From positions 3,412-67,411 of the IMG/VR virus record IMGVR_UViG_3300020037_003123: a stretch of DNA of 64,000 nucleotides; one strand, given 5' to 3'. Each line of letters begins with the position of its first letter. Within the stretch, counting starts at the first letter, position 1. The position numbers and the translations under genes are program-made. This DNA is from a virus. Its lineage: Duplodnaviria; Caudoviricetes. This document shows positions 27,766 to 36,598 of the stretch, one piece after another. The notes under the pieces are model-generated. The model had not been told where the DNA came from. It did not search any database and saw only the letters and a program-made list of their open reading frames with translations.

Positions 27766-29478
27766 TTATGCAGGGAATGTAGCGCCAGTTGGTAATATGT
27801 TAAAGTTCAAGATAATAAATTCAGCAGTTTTAGTTGGTTGAATATAAATTTGACCTACTAATTGGTTTCTATCTACAACATCTGGTGTGTTGTTTGTATC
27901 GTCCATTACTACTTTATAAGCATATAAACCTTGACGTTGTACTACACTTTCTAAGTATGGATTAACTTGAGATAAAAATCTATTTCTTGTTACTGTTGTA
28001 TTTTGTTCGAATACTAATGTACGAGAAACACCACCAATGAAATCTTTTAAAGCAATTAATAAACGGCGAACGTTTACTCTATCAAGAGCTGTTGGTTTAC
28101 GTTGTAATGTTTTCTGACCCCAAACACATACTCCAGTTCCTGGGAATGTAGCTAATGGGTTAACGTTTCCATTATATAATGTATCTCTATCTGATTGTTG
28201 TAATCTGCGTTCTGCTCTAATTACTGAAGGTATTCCACCTCTGTTTAAACCTGCTGGAGCGAACCATTCAGCACCTACTTGGTCGTTGAATGCTAACACA
28301 CCACCGATTACTGTTGATGGAGGACACCATACTGCTTTACCTAAGTTTGAGTTATATAATTGAACCCAAGGAAAATATGTTGCTGCATAATTGCTTGAAG
28401 AACCACCTGCTGCAGCTACTGCATCTGTAATTGCTTTACCATAAATTGTAGCATCAGTAATTGCAATTGCATCTCCTCTTCCTTCAACACAAGCGATCAT
28501 ATTACTATTAATTCCCAAACCAGGAGCCAATAATACATTAAATTGATATTCATCTCTATTCGCTAATAAAGCAAAAGCTGTTTGGTAATCTGCAGGAGCA
28601 AATCCTTGAATATTGGAAGTTGTAATATTTTCATTCATTAATTGTGGAGAAGTTGTAGCTGGTTTTCCCCCGCTAAATGAACCACCATATGAACCACTAC
28701 CTACTGCTGGTAAACTTCCACTATATTGAGTTGCTTTATAATTTCCATTATTATCAATTGAATCTACGTTTGGAGTTGTTACAGAAGCAACACGAACATA
28801 CAATGAAGCATTTGCATAACTTCCTGTATATGCTATATATGGATTTCCACCACTATCTAATTGATAAACTGGTTTTAAATCACCAATTACACGAGCTACA
28901 TAGTTAGATTGTTGTGGATCTAAACTCATATTTGCCCATGTTTCTAAAATATTCTTTTGATTATTATTATCATCACCACGACGTACAACAAGTGTAAATG
29001 TACCACTTCCTGTGTTAACGTTTGTTACTTCCCAACGAATGTTTTGTGCTGAACCACTTGCTAGTGCACCACTTACCATACTAGAAGTATTATTCATCTG
29101 ATCACCCCATGCTAAAACTTCTAATTGAAGAGAAGTTGAAGTAGCATTCATTACTGCAGGAAGATTTGATGTAGCATAAGTTCCAACGTCTGTTGAACCG
29201 CTAATGATTCTTGTTACTAATAATGATTGCCCACCATTTGAAAAATATTCACGAGCAGCTTGTGAAGTTAAGTATTCATAATATGAACTACCACTTTTAA
29301 AAGTATCCCCAAATATAGTTACATATTGAGTATATGTGGTAACGTATGTAGGTACGAAAGGACGACCTTTCACTGTAGGACCTACAATAGCTGCGCCTAG
29401 CGCTGGTGGGGCTTGGGTATATAAACTCTGATCGGATTCGATCTGAAATACACCAGGAGAAATAATTGCTTCTGCCAT
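27766..29478 (-). CDS. gp18: Tail sheath protein (T4 gp18-like)
   Basis: ISPGVF, WFAPAG.NRG, WGQKTLQ...ALDRVNVRRL, FEQN, IQPTKTAEFI.LNF. Confidence 0.95.
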   Translation of the reverse strand: MAEAIISPGVFQIESDQSLYTQAPPALGAAIVGPTVKGRPFVPTYVTTYTQYVTIFGDTFKSGSSYYEYLTSQAAREYFSNGGQSLLVTRIISGSTDVGTYATSNLPAVMNATSTSLQLEVLAWGDQMNNTSSMVSGALASGSAQNIRWEVTNVNTGSGTFTLVVRRGDDNNNQKNILETWANMSLDPQQSNYVARVIGDLKPVYQLDSGGNPYIAYTGSYANASLYVRVASVTTPNVDSIDNNGNYKATQYSGSLPAVGSGSYGGSFSGGKPATTSPQLMNENITTSNIQGFAPADYQTAFALLANRDEYQFNVLLAPGLGINSNMIACVEGRGDAIAITDATIYGKAITDAVAAAGGSSSNYAATYFPWVQLYNSNLGKAVWCPPSTVIGGVLAFNDQVGAEWFAPAGLNRGGIPSVIRAERRLQQSDRDTLYNGNVNPLATFPGTGVCVWGQKTLQRKPTALDRVNVRRLLIALKDFIGGVSRTLVFEQNTTVTRNRFLSQVNPYLESVVQRQGLYAYKVVMDDTNNTPDVVDRNQLVGQIYIQPTKTAEFIILNFNILPTGATFPA

Positions 29479-29562
29479 TTTTTTATGTTTGTTTTAAATT
29501 ATTATTTTGGATTTACCTAATAATAAATATCTATAAAGCTACATAAAACGCAGAAATAGCAA

Positions 29563-29835
29563 TTAAAGTGGTGTTATTTCTCCGGTTTGTGGATCTATAC
29601 TTCCAACACCATATTTTGATTGAAGAGTATCAACTAATTGTTTTTCTCTTTCGCCTAATTTAGCGATATCTGATATTACATTAGCTTTTTCAGCTTTTAA
29701 ATCGGTTTCTGCTTTATAAACGTTTTGCAACTGTGCTTCAATACTGCCTAAATCAAATACATATTGGTTGTATTGTTTTTGCATCTCTTGAATTTGTTGT
29801 AATTCTTCTGGTGTTAATTGTTTTGTTTCGGACAT
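29563..29835 (-). CDS. Hypothetical coiled-coil protein
   Basis: Heptad pattern, ends KYG.GSIDP.TGEI; start moved to ATG 29835 to avoid overlap. Confidence 0.65.
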   Translation of the reverse strand: MSETKQLTPEELQQIQEMQKQYNQYVFDLGSIEAQLQNVYKAETDLKAEKANVISDIAKLGEREKQLVDTLQSKYGVGSIDPQTGEITPL

Positions 29836-29840
29836 AATCT

Positions 29841-30074
29841 TTATTTTTCCCATCGAGCTTCAGGACATGCTTCTCTACCGGGTAGTGGTGAATAAACTTT
29901 TTTAGCTAATGGACAACTACAGTTTCCACAAATATATGTTTCAACATGTTTTACATATGTTTTTTGTGGACACACATCACAAACAGAAATTCTATATTCA
30001 GCTATTTTCTGTTGTTCTGGTGTTGGATCAGCTGCTGCTATCCATGCTTTAGCTATTTCTACTAATTTAAGCAT
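29841..30074 (-). CDS. Hypothetical zinc-binding protein
   Basis: CxxC...CxxCxC...C motifs. Confidence 0.65.
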   Translation of the reverse strand: MLKLVEIAKAWIAAADPTPEQQKIAEYRISVCDVCPQKTYVKHVETYICGNCSCPLAKKVYSPLPGREACPEARWEK

Positions 30075-30333
30075 CTACTTTTTTAGTTTTTTTCTTAGCT
30101 GCTGGTTTTTTCTTTTGGGGTGCTACTACAGCTGGTGTTTCATCAGCTACAGCTGGTGTTTCAATAATTGGTTCTACATGTGAATGTAAATCTTCATGAA
30201 CATCATTTTCAGTAATAACTGGATCTTCAAGTGACTTTACTGAATTTTTTTCATCAGCTTTAATAGCTGAAATTAGAACAAATGCAGTGAATATTGCGAC
30301 AAATGTAATTCCTGCTATAATGGTTAGTGACAT
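30067..30333 (-). CDS. Membrane-anchored protein with basic C-terminal tail
   Basis: N-terminal TM segment; KKKPAAKKKTKK tail. Confidence 0.6.
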   Translation of the reverse strand: MSLTIIAGITFVAIFTAFVLISAIKADEKNSVKSLEDPVITENDVHEDLHSHVEPIIETPAVADETPAVVAPQKKKPAAKKKTKKVDA

Positions 30334-30355
30334 AATGTTTTTATTTTGTTTGATA

Positions 30356-30386
30356 TAAATATATACAAGAGAGAGGAGACAGCCAA
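30356..30386 (-). promoter_or_regulatory. Putative promoter TTG-N20-TATATTTA
   Basis: Same spacing as 14489-14519. Confidence 0.6.
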
Positions 30387-30393
30387 GTTTCTT

Positions 30394-31110
30394 TTATCTT
30401 ACTTGATTTACTGTTACTATTATAGAAGGAACAGCAGGAAAGTTACCAGTTGCTGGTTCAAAGGGGAATGTAGTTGTTGATAAATCGCTTTGCCACACTA
30501 TTTCAGCATAATCTCCAGCATTAAATGTTTTCATAAAGTTCCAAGCAGCAACCGCATAATCATTACCATTAACGTTTAATTTAGTATCGGATTCTGGAAT
30601 ATTTGTTCCATTTCTTTTAAACCAAATATGGATTGTTGCTTTACCAGCGCCTTGTCCACCTTGTGCTGAAACTTGTGCTACTTGTGCTGAAAATTGTAAA
30701 TCATATACTCCGGCATTATTAAATGTTATTCTACTTCCACTCACAATACTTACCCCATCTGCTTCATCAGTTGTATCTAATTGAAATGAATAAGATACGT
30801 TTGCAGAACCTGTTACTGTTTGATTATGTTGGAAAACACCATAATTAAATTGTTTATGACCATGAATATATAAGTCACCACTACCACTTAATATAGTTAA
30901 ATCTCCATTTATTGTTGTAGAACCGGATATACTAACACTTCCTGTGTGGTTTGTTGAAACTAATTCTTGTATAGATTCAGTGCCATCATCTTTTTTATAG
31001 TATACTTTACCATCATATGTGTTAAAAGCAACTTCAGCTAAATTAATAGATGATGTGGTGGGTTGTAAACCAGGAGTACTACTGTGTTTTATATCTATTT
31101 TTAAACTCAT
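30394..31110 (-). CDS. Putative tail fibre-associated protein with beta-sandwich (C1q/TNF-like) C-terminus
   Basis: N-terminal GE.A.N.YDG-like fibre motif; C-terminal ITF.NAGVY.LQFSAQ...WFKRNG...GDYAEIVW. Confidence 0.55.
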   Translation of the reverse strand: MSLKIDIKHSSTPGLQPTTSSINLAEVAFNTYDGKVYYKKDDGTESIQELVSTNHTGSVSISGSTTINGDLTILSGSGDLYIHGHKQFNYGVFQHNQTVTGSANVSYSFQLDTTDEADGVSIVSGSRITFNNAGVYDLQFSAQVAQVSAQGGQGAGKATIHIWFKRNGTNIPESDTKLNVNGNDYAVAAWNFMKTFNAGDYAEIVWQSDLSTTTFPFEPATGNFPAVPSIIVTVNQVR

Positions 31111-31487
31111 TTTTTAAAAATGTAAGTATAAAATATATGAAATGTTGTTGCAAATAGAATGTAACAACCTAATGCAAAAAATATAAACCAAATATTATTT
31201 GCAATTAATAAACCACTTAATATAAAAGCAATAGCAAATGATATTCTCTCTATTAATCCAAATAAATGCCAAGCATCAGTAAATAAAACAAACCATCTGG
31301 AACTACCCCAAAATTTTTCACCTTGTTTAGGATCACCGTTTTTCCATTTATTCACCCATGATTTTGATTTAACCCAATATATTTCAGGTTTAAATTTAAT
31401 TTTATCATCGGATGATAAATCACATATTGCTTTTGCAATACCTGATATTACAACAAGTAATATTGATATTATTATTTGATAGACCAT
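31107..31487 (-). CDS. Membrane protein
   Basis: Three hydrophobic segments; W.NKWKNGD...F.GS...F..FTDAWHLF. Confidence 0.65.
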   Translation of the reverse strand: MVYQIIISILLVVISGIAKAICDLSSDDKIKFKPEIYWVKSKSWVNKWKNGDPKQGEKFWGSSRWFVLFTDAWHLFGLIERISFAIAFILSGLLIANNIWFIFFALGCYILFATTFHIFYTYIFKK

Positions 31488-31627
31488 AATAAAACCGTTG
31501 CTATTATTGATATTAGTGTTACAAATACCGCTATTAATTTTTGTTTCCCTGGTAATTTTACTAAACCCGCCACGCCGCCAGCAAATATAATTGCTATAAC
31601 GATCTGAATAATAATGTTTGTTGTCAT
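31472..31627 (-). CDS. Unannotated 51-aa two-TM membrane peptide (holin-like size and topology)
   Basis: MTTNIIIQIVIAIIFAGGVAGLVKLPGKQKLIAVFVTLISIIATVLLWSIK; ATATTTAT motif 18 nt upstream. Confidence 0.6.
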   Translation of the reverse strand: MTTNIIIQIVIAIIFAGGVAGLVKLPGKQKLIAVFVTLISIIATVLLWSIK

Positions 31628-31651
31628 GGTTATTTTATTTGTTTATAAATA

Positions 31652-32137
31652 TTAAGACCACTCGGGTGTTGCTAATATAGCTTGTAGCTCATCGTATGTG
31701 TATGGTCCTTGTTGTGTTTTTATTTGGTATAATATACAATTTGGTGTTAAACCTAACCACCCAACATATGTTTTACTACCATCTTTAGAGTATACTAAAT
31801 TATCATCTGCTCCATTTCCAACTATAAAAGCGGATTGAATTGAGCTTGTTAAATTATATCGACCTTGTACATGTTGGTAATCTCCTAAAGCTATTGTTCT
31901 AAGTCCTTCAGCATGAGAATAATCACCTATAGCTATTGTAGCTCCACCTTCAGTATGGGAAGCAACACCAGATGCTGTTGTATATTGACCTTCAGCATGT
32001 GAGTATTGACCGGAGGCAAGAGTTAAAAGCCCTTCAGCATGTGAATAATCACCAGATGCCGATGTATTGGCTCCTTGAGATAGTGATCCTGAAAAAATAA
32101 AAGGTGGGCGAAGTTGTTCCGAACGAAATGTACTCAT
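31652..32137 (-). CDS. Short YadA-head-like beta-roll (SHAEG repeat) fibre/adhesin protein, apparently fused
   Basis: Five 14-aa repeats (ASGDYSHAEGLLTL type), then an unrelated C-terminal segment after GNGADDN. Confidence 0.65.
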   Translation of the reverse strand: MSTFRSEQLRPPFIFSGSLSQGANTSASGDYSHAEGLLTLASGQYSHAEGQYTTASGVASHTEGGATIAIGDYSHAEGLRTIALGDYQHVQGRYNLTSSIQSAFIVGNGADDNLVYSKDGSKTYVGWLGLTPNCILYQIKTQQGPYTYDELQAILATPEWS

Positions 32138-32151
32138 ACTATATATAAATA

Positions 32152-33405
32152 TTAGGCAAATTTACCTATAGCTATAATTTCATCCGTAGCTCCAAATGAA
32201 AATCCTAATGCTGTTGTATTAACAGTGAGTGTTGATGTACTATTCCCATTATCTACAAAACTAGTAATAGCTGAGGGTTCTATTAATTGACCATTTACAA
32301 AGAATGTAAAATTAGCTACAGAAGTTGCAGGTAAAGGTGATGGAGCTGTTAGGAACCCATTAGGGAATATAGCTGTATTTGATGTAATTGTGGTTGCTGC
32401 TACTTGTGTATTTGTATTTAAGTATGTTAGAGTTGCAGGATCTACTGTACCACCTCCACCACTACTTCCCCCTGTATTATTTAAATTATAAGAATCAGCA
32501 ACCCCCACAGCAGCACCCATTGCTGTTTTAGGAGTACCAGATGTACTTAGTGTTTCAATATTACCTGCTGTTTCCATTGTAAATACTACCTGTGATTTAG
32601 TATAAAATTTACTTCTAGCAGTAGCCATATCTTTATTTACTGTATCTGGTATCATATAACCGTTTACTTTAATAGTAAAGGTAGATTTGGCAGCTCTATC
32701 GTTTCCTGCTTCTAGCAGAGTAGTCGTTGCAAATGAATCAATCATTGATCTAAATTTGTAGCGACGTGGATCGCCCCAATATGAATCAGCAGCAAAATTA
32801 ATTGCCTCTACTAGTTTATTATTTTGTTCAACAAAATCTGTAAATATAATACAGTTATACGTTAATGTAACATAATCTGGTGTTGTTGAAATATAGTATT
32901 GTTCTGATGGAATCCTGTTATTTATAATATCAAAGCGATCATATGCATTTCTAATGTTATATTTCGATCCTACTACTTGATAATTATGTACAGTATTACC
33001 ATCTAATTTATTACCTAATGTTCTATTTTTTTCAATATTTTCACGTTTAAACATAATTAATGGAACCATTAATTTTCCATTATTATCACGATAAAAACCA
33101 TCTGTTTGAACTGATTTCCATCTTTCAGGTGAACCATATAATACAGGTACAGCTATTTGTTGTCCGTTTTGTACTACATTTGGTTTAATAACATTATTAA
33201 AGTAGTACATTATAGCATTGTCAATATCTTCTAAACCAATAGAAATATCCTTTACAGTATCATTCCTCATAGAATAATCTGTACCACGGTTTTCAGAAAA
33301 AACAGTTTGGCTAACCGGTTTACCCTGGTTAGCCAAGTAGGGAGTAATTTGATCTTGAACTACCTCTACTGGATTTTTTGGTATTGGTTTTAATCTATTT
33401 GACAT
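32152..33405 (-). CDS. Tail completion / sheath stabiliser-like protein (gp15-like)
   Basis: PV.YGSPERW...RD..GK...PLIMFKR and PDYVTLTY; follows the neck genes. Confidence 0.55.
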   Translation of the reverse strand: MSNRLKPIPKNPVEVVQDQITPYLANQGKPVSQTVFSENRGTDYSMRNDTVKDISIGLEDIDNAIMYYFNNVIKPNVVQNGQQIAVPVLYGSPERWKSVQTDGFYRDNNGKLMVPLIMFKRENIEKNRTLGNKLDGNTVHNYQVVGSKYNIRNAYDRFDIINNRIPSEQYYISTTPDYVTLTYNCIIFTDFVEQNNKLVEAINFAADSYWGDPRRYKFRSMIDSFATTTLLEAGNDRAAKSTFTIKVNGYMIPDTVNKDMATARSKFYTKSQVVFTMETAGNIETLSTSGTPKTAMGAAVGVADSYNLNNTGGSSGGGGTVDPATLTYLNTNTQVAATTITSNTAIFPNGFLTAPSPLPATSVANFTFFVNGQLIEPSAITSFVDNGNSTSTLTVNTTALGFSFGATDEIIAIGKFA

Positions 33406-33752
33406 TATTTAGATTTTCTTTCTAATTCTACCATTTTTTCTAAAGCAAAAATTAAATTTGCTGCTTTAGTTAATAGTGTATTTAAATCTTTAGCATTTTT
33501 AGCTATAGATTCATTAGAATGATATTTAAATGGTTGAAATTCTTTTCTGTTCTTTAATAAATCTCTTCTAACTTTCTCAAAAGAAGGAATATATTCTACT
33601 TTTGAAGTAACAGTTCCTGTTTCAGGATCTATTTCTGTTGGTGTAGTACGAAATCCTCTTTGGATGAATTCTTCATCATCTTCTTCTGAAGGCATTGGGA
33701 CTATAGGAGGACGAACCTCAATTTCTTCTAATAAATCAATTAATTTTATCAT
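33405..33752 (-). CDS. Hypothetical protein with N-terminal MIKL..LLxE tag
   Basis: Begins MIKLIDLLEE. Confidence 0.65.
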   Translation of the reverse strand: MIKLIDLLEEIEVRPPIVPMPSEEDDEEFIQRGFRTTPTEIDPETGTVTSKVEYIPSFEKVRRDLLKNRKEFQPFKYHSNESIAKNAKDLNTLLTKAANLIFALEKMVELERKSK

Positions 33753-33755
33753 AAT

Positions 33756-34292
33756 TTATAATCTTTCTTTTTCTATACCAAGTTTTTCTGGGCGTGTGTA
33801 GTGACATGTTAATGTTAATGACCAAGAAGATCCAAAATTATCAGTATCTGATGAATAAGAGTAAGATGGATCTTTACCTACTATTAGTTGATTATCATTT
33901 ACATTATCTACTTCAAAATATTGTCCTTGCCATAATAACACATCACCAACTTCAGGATAAATTCCATAATTAAATCCCCTTCCATCGGGCCCTAATTCAG
34001 TACATAATTCAATTCCAGCTAAATCGTCTCTTAAAAATTTACATACAATAGTACGAGTAACATCCGGTCCAAATTCATCTACTGGTGCTTCAAATCCTGA
34101 GCTGTCAATTAAACAATTTACTAATACAGGATTATAAAATGATTTAGATAAAGATTCACCATACATATTTGGTACAGTTCTATCTAAAATTACTTTATAG
34201 TATCCTACCTTTTGCTCAATAATATTATTCAGCAATTCTCTATTTAAGTGTCTAAATAGGCTTATATCTCTATTTTCACCGTATAATGACAT
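33756..34292 (-). CDS. Neck / head-closure protein (gp14-like)
   Basis: Position after the gp13-like gene; PEVGDVL.W.GQYFEV motif. Confidence 0.6.
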   Translation of the reverse strand: MSLYGENRDISLFRHLNRELLNNIIEQKVGYYKVILDRTVPNMYGESLSKSFYNPVLVNCLIDSSGFEAPVDEFGPDVTRTIVCKFLRDDLAGIELCTELGPDGRGFNYGIYPEVGDVLLWQGQYFEVDNVNDNQLIVGKDPSYSYSSDTDNFGSSWSLTLTCHYTRPEKLGIEKERL

Positions 34293-34627
34293 TAATATTC
34301 TCCTATTTTTTCAATTGTTTGAAAACGTGGAATAAATTGTAATAATCCATCTATTTTAGTAGTTACTAAAGCATCTGTTTTAATTTTTTTGATATCTTCT
34401 TCTGGAGTAGAGCTAACTAAATATTTCATTTTTAATAAAGCATAATTATGTTTTTCTGTATTTTTACTTCTTAAAAAATCACTTTGTTCTACAGTTACTA
34501 CAACAACACCTTCTAATCCTCTAATTTCATTATAAACATATACCTGATTAACATTGGCATCTGTTTTAATTAATACTTCTATTTTATAAAGTATTAAACT
34601 TTCTAATATTAAACTTGATAGTTTCAT
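34292..34627 (-). CDS. Hypothetical protein
   Basis: Begins MKLSSLILES; coupled to the neck genes. Confidence 0.6.
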   Translation of the reverse strand: MKLSSLILESLILYKIEVLIKTDANVNQVYVYNEIRGLEGVVVVTVEQSDFLRSKNTEKHNYALLKMKYLVSSTPEEDIKKIKTDALVTTKIDGLLQFIPRFQTIEKIGEY

Positions 34628-35812
34628 TTAAAATATATAAATACCTATTGGTGCGTTAATTAATGTTTTTTGTATAAAATCAGCTTCCATTGCTTGATTT
34701 TCAAGTTGTGTTTTACGAGATGTTACATCTAACATTGCTCTCAATTGTTCTAACAATGCTGCTTTTTCTGCTCTAGCATCTGTTAATAAATCATCCCCAT
34801 TTAATGTTACTTCAGCACCTGGTATAGGAATAGAAGCATATTTTTTACGAACATATCCTAATGTTTCTTTAACAACAGCTAAAGCATATTGTCTAATCCA
34901 TTGTCTACCAACAGAATTAATTTCACAATATACAGGATTAGCATATGGTACATTACTAACATTTGTAACCAAAGTACTAGTATTAGGATTGTAATCTGGT
35001 GTTGCTGATGTTACATCGTTTCTTTCATCACGTTTAATATAATGAAAGAGTAATTTATCATTTAATCCTTCTGAAAGATTTTGTGGTATAGGAAATAACC
35101 TTAAATTATTATTTACTAAATCAAACGAATATGCAGATTTTCTAATTTGGTCATTTAATTCAATTGATTGTAATTTTTGAACGTCAAAATATATAGGCAT
35201 TAACAAGAAGTTAATACCAGGAGAAAATTGACCAAACCCAAATGTTTCAAGTAATGATTGGATACCTGTACCTGTACCAGCATATGGGTCAAAGTAACGA
35301 ACAATTGCTGGTGGTTGTTCATAAAATATTTTTTTAATTTCAATACCACTACCAGATATTCCACTAGCCGATGCCCATGCTTTTAAATCATAATCTTGTA
35401 CACCATTTTGTAATTTAATAGACCCAGTGTAATATGTTGTATAACCACCTGCTCCACCTTCTGAACCGTATGTTTCAGCTATACGAATTACAGTACCAAG
35501 ATTTGGTGTAACTAATTGATTATTAAATGTTGTTGTATTATCTACTATGTTACCTTCCATTGAAAGATAACCTTCACGTATTTTATATTGGTAAACTTCG
35601 TTACCGTATGCTGTAATAGCTTCTTCAAGACAAGCATAAAAGTTTATGTCTTGTAACTCAACATTTACAATAGGATAACCTAAACGTCTAGCACCCCACG
35701 TAGCAAACAGTGGTGCTTCTTGTTGGAAATTTTGATCATTGTCATAAAATCCGTACGGGGTATTTCCCCATACTGGTCCAGGATTATTGTTCCAAATTGG
35801 TATATTGGCCAT
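34628..35812 (-). CDS. Neck / head-tail adaptor protein (gp13-like)
   Basis: RRLGYP.V.VEL, W.RQYALA..KE.LG..R.KY..IP.PG..VTLNG. Confidence 0.8.
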   Translation of the reverse strand: MANIPIWNNNPGPVWGNTPYGFYDNDQNFQQEAPLFATWGARRLGYPIVNVELQDINFYACLEEAITAYGNEVYQYKIREGYLSMEGNIVDNTTTFNNQLVTPNLGTVIRIAETYGSEGGAGGYTTYYTGSIKLQNGVQDYDLKAWASASGISGSGIEIKKIFYEQPPAIVRYFDPYAGTGTGIQSLLETFGFGQFSPGINFLLMPIYFDVQKLQSIELNDQIRKSAYSFDLVNNNLRLFPIPQNLSEGLNDKLLFHYIKRDERNDVTSATPDYNPNTSTLVTNVSNVPYANPVYCEINSVGRQWIRQYALAVVKETLGYVRKKYASIPIPGAEVTLNGDDLLTDARAEKAALLEQLRAMLDVTSRKTQLENQAMEADFIQKTLINAPIGIYIF

Positions 35813-35844
35813 TAAGTACTAGTATTTAACACGTATAAATATTG

Positions 35845-36504
35845 CTATCTCCCGTATTCGTAATCTAAAATTTTACCTACTAAATCGGAACGGTGGTTTT
35901 CTTTTAGTTTAACCCATTTAATTTCTTCGATTTTTTTAGATAATTCAATGACATATGATAAACCATTAAATTCATCTTTAATGTCTTTTTGTTCATTATC
36001 ACCATTGATTACTATACGACCATTTTTGCCTAATCGTGTTAATATAGCTAATATTTCTGATTTGGTTAGGTTTTGTGCTTCTTCAACAATTAATATATCA
36101 TCAATTGTTTTACCACGAATAAATTGTACTGGGAGCGCTATAACTTTTTTATCAGTTATTAATTGTGCTGTTTTAGCTTTGTCATAACATTTTATTAAGT
36201 TTTCCTGAAATGCTTCTAGATATGGATTGAATTTCTCATCTAAACTTCCAGGTAAAAACCCTAATGAATGTCCTACTTCAACGGCCGCTCTAGTAACATA
36301 AATTGCATCAATTTCTTTTTTGAACAGAAAATCCAACGCTGTTTGAGCTGATACTAGCGATTTACCACATCCTGCTCTACCTGTTATTATTACTATTTGA
36401 TTTTCGTGTATTAGTCGTTTAACCTCTTTTTGTTCTTCATTAAGTGTTATAGAATACTTAATTTCGTTTTTAAAAACCTTTTTTTGTTTACCACCATTAT
36501 CCAT
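35845..36504 (-). CDS. phoH: PhoH-family ATPase
   Basis: G.AGCGKS, LGFLPG, IRGKT, VEEAQN, TRLG, GD..Q.D, NHRS. Confidence 0.92.
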   Translation of the reverse strand: MDNGGKQKKVFKNEIKYSITLNEEQKEVKRLIHENQIVIITGRAGCGKSLVSAQTALDFLFKKEIDAIYVTRAAVEVGHSLGFLPGSLDEKFNPYLEAFQENLIKCYDKAKTAQLITDKKVIALPVQFIRGKTIDDILIVEEAQNLTKSEILAILTRLGKNGRIVINGDNEQKDIKDEFNGLSYVIELSKKIEEIKWVKLKENHRSDLVGKILDYEYGR

Positions 36505-36533
36505 AAACGATCGTTTATTATAAATATAAAAAA

Positions 36534-36561
36534 AGATGCCAACCTTACGGGGTTGGCATCT
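36534..36561 (-). terminator. Rho-independent terminator after the major capsid gene
   Basis: 11-bp stem AGATGCCAACC/GGTTGGCATCT followed by a U tract. Confidence 0.85.
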
Positions 36562-36598
36562 AATTATTAACCTTACGGGGTTAATATGTTATACTAGA

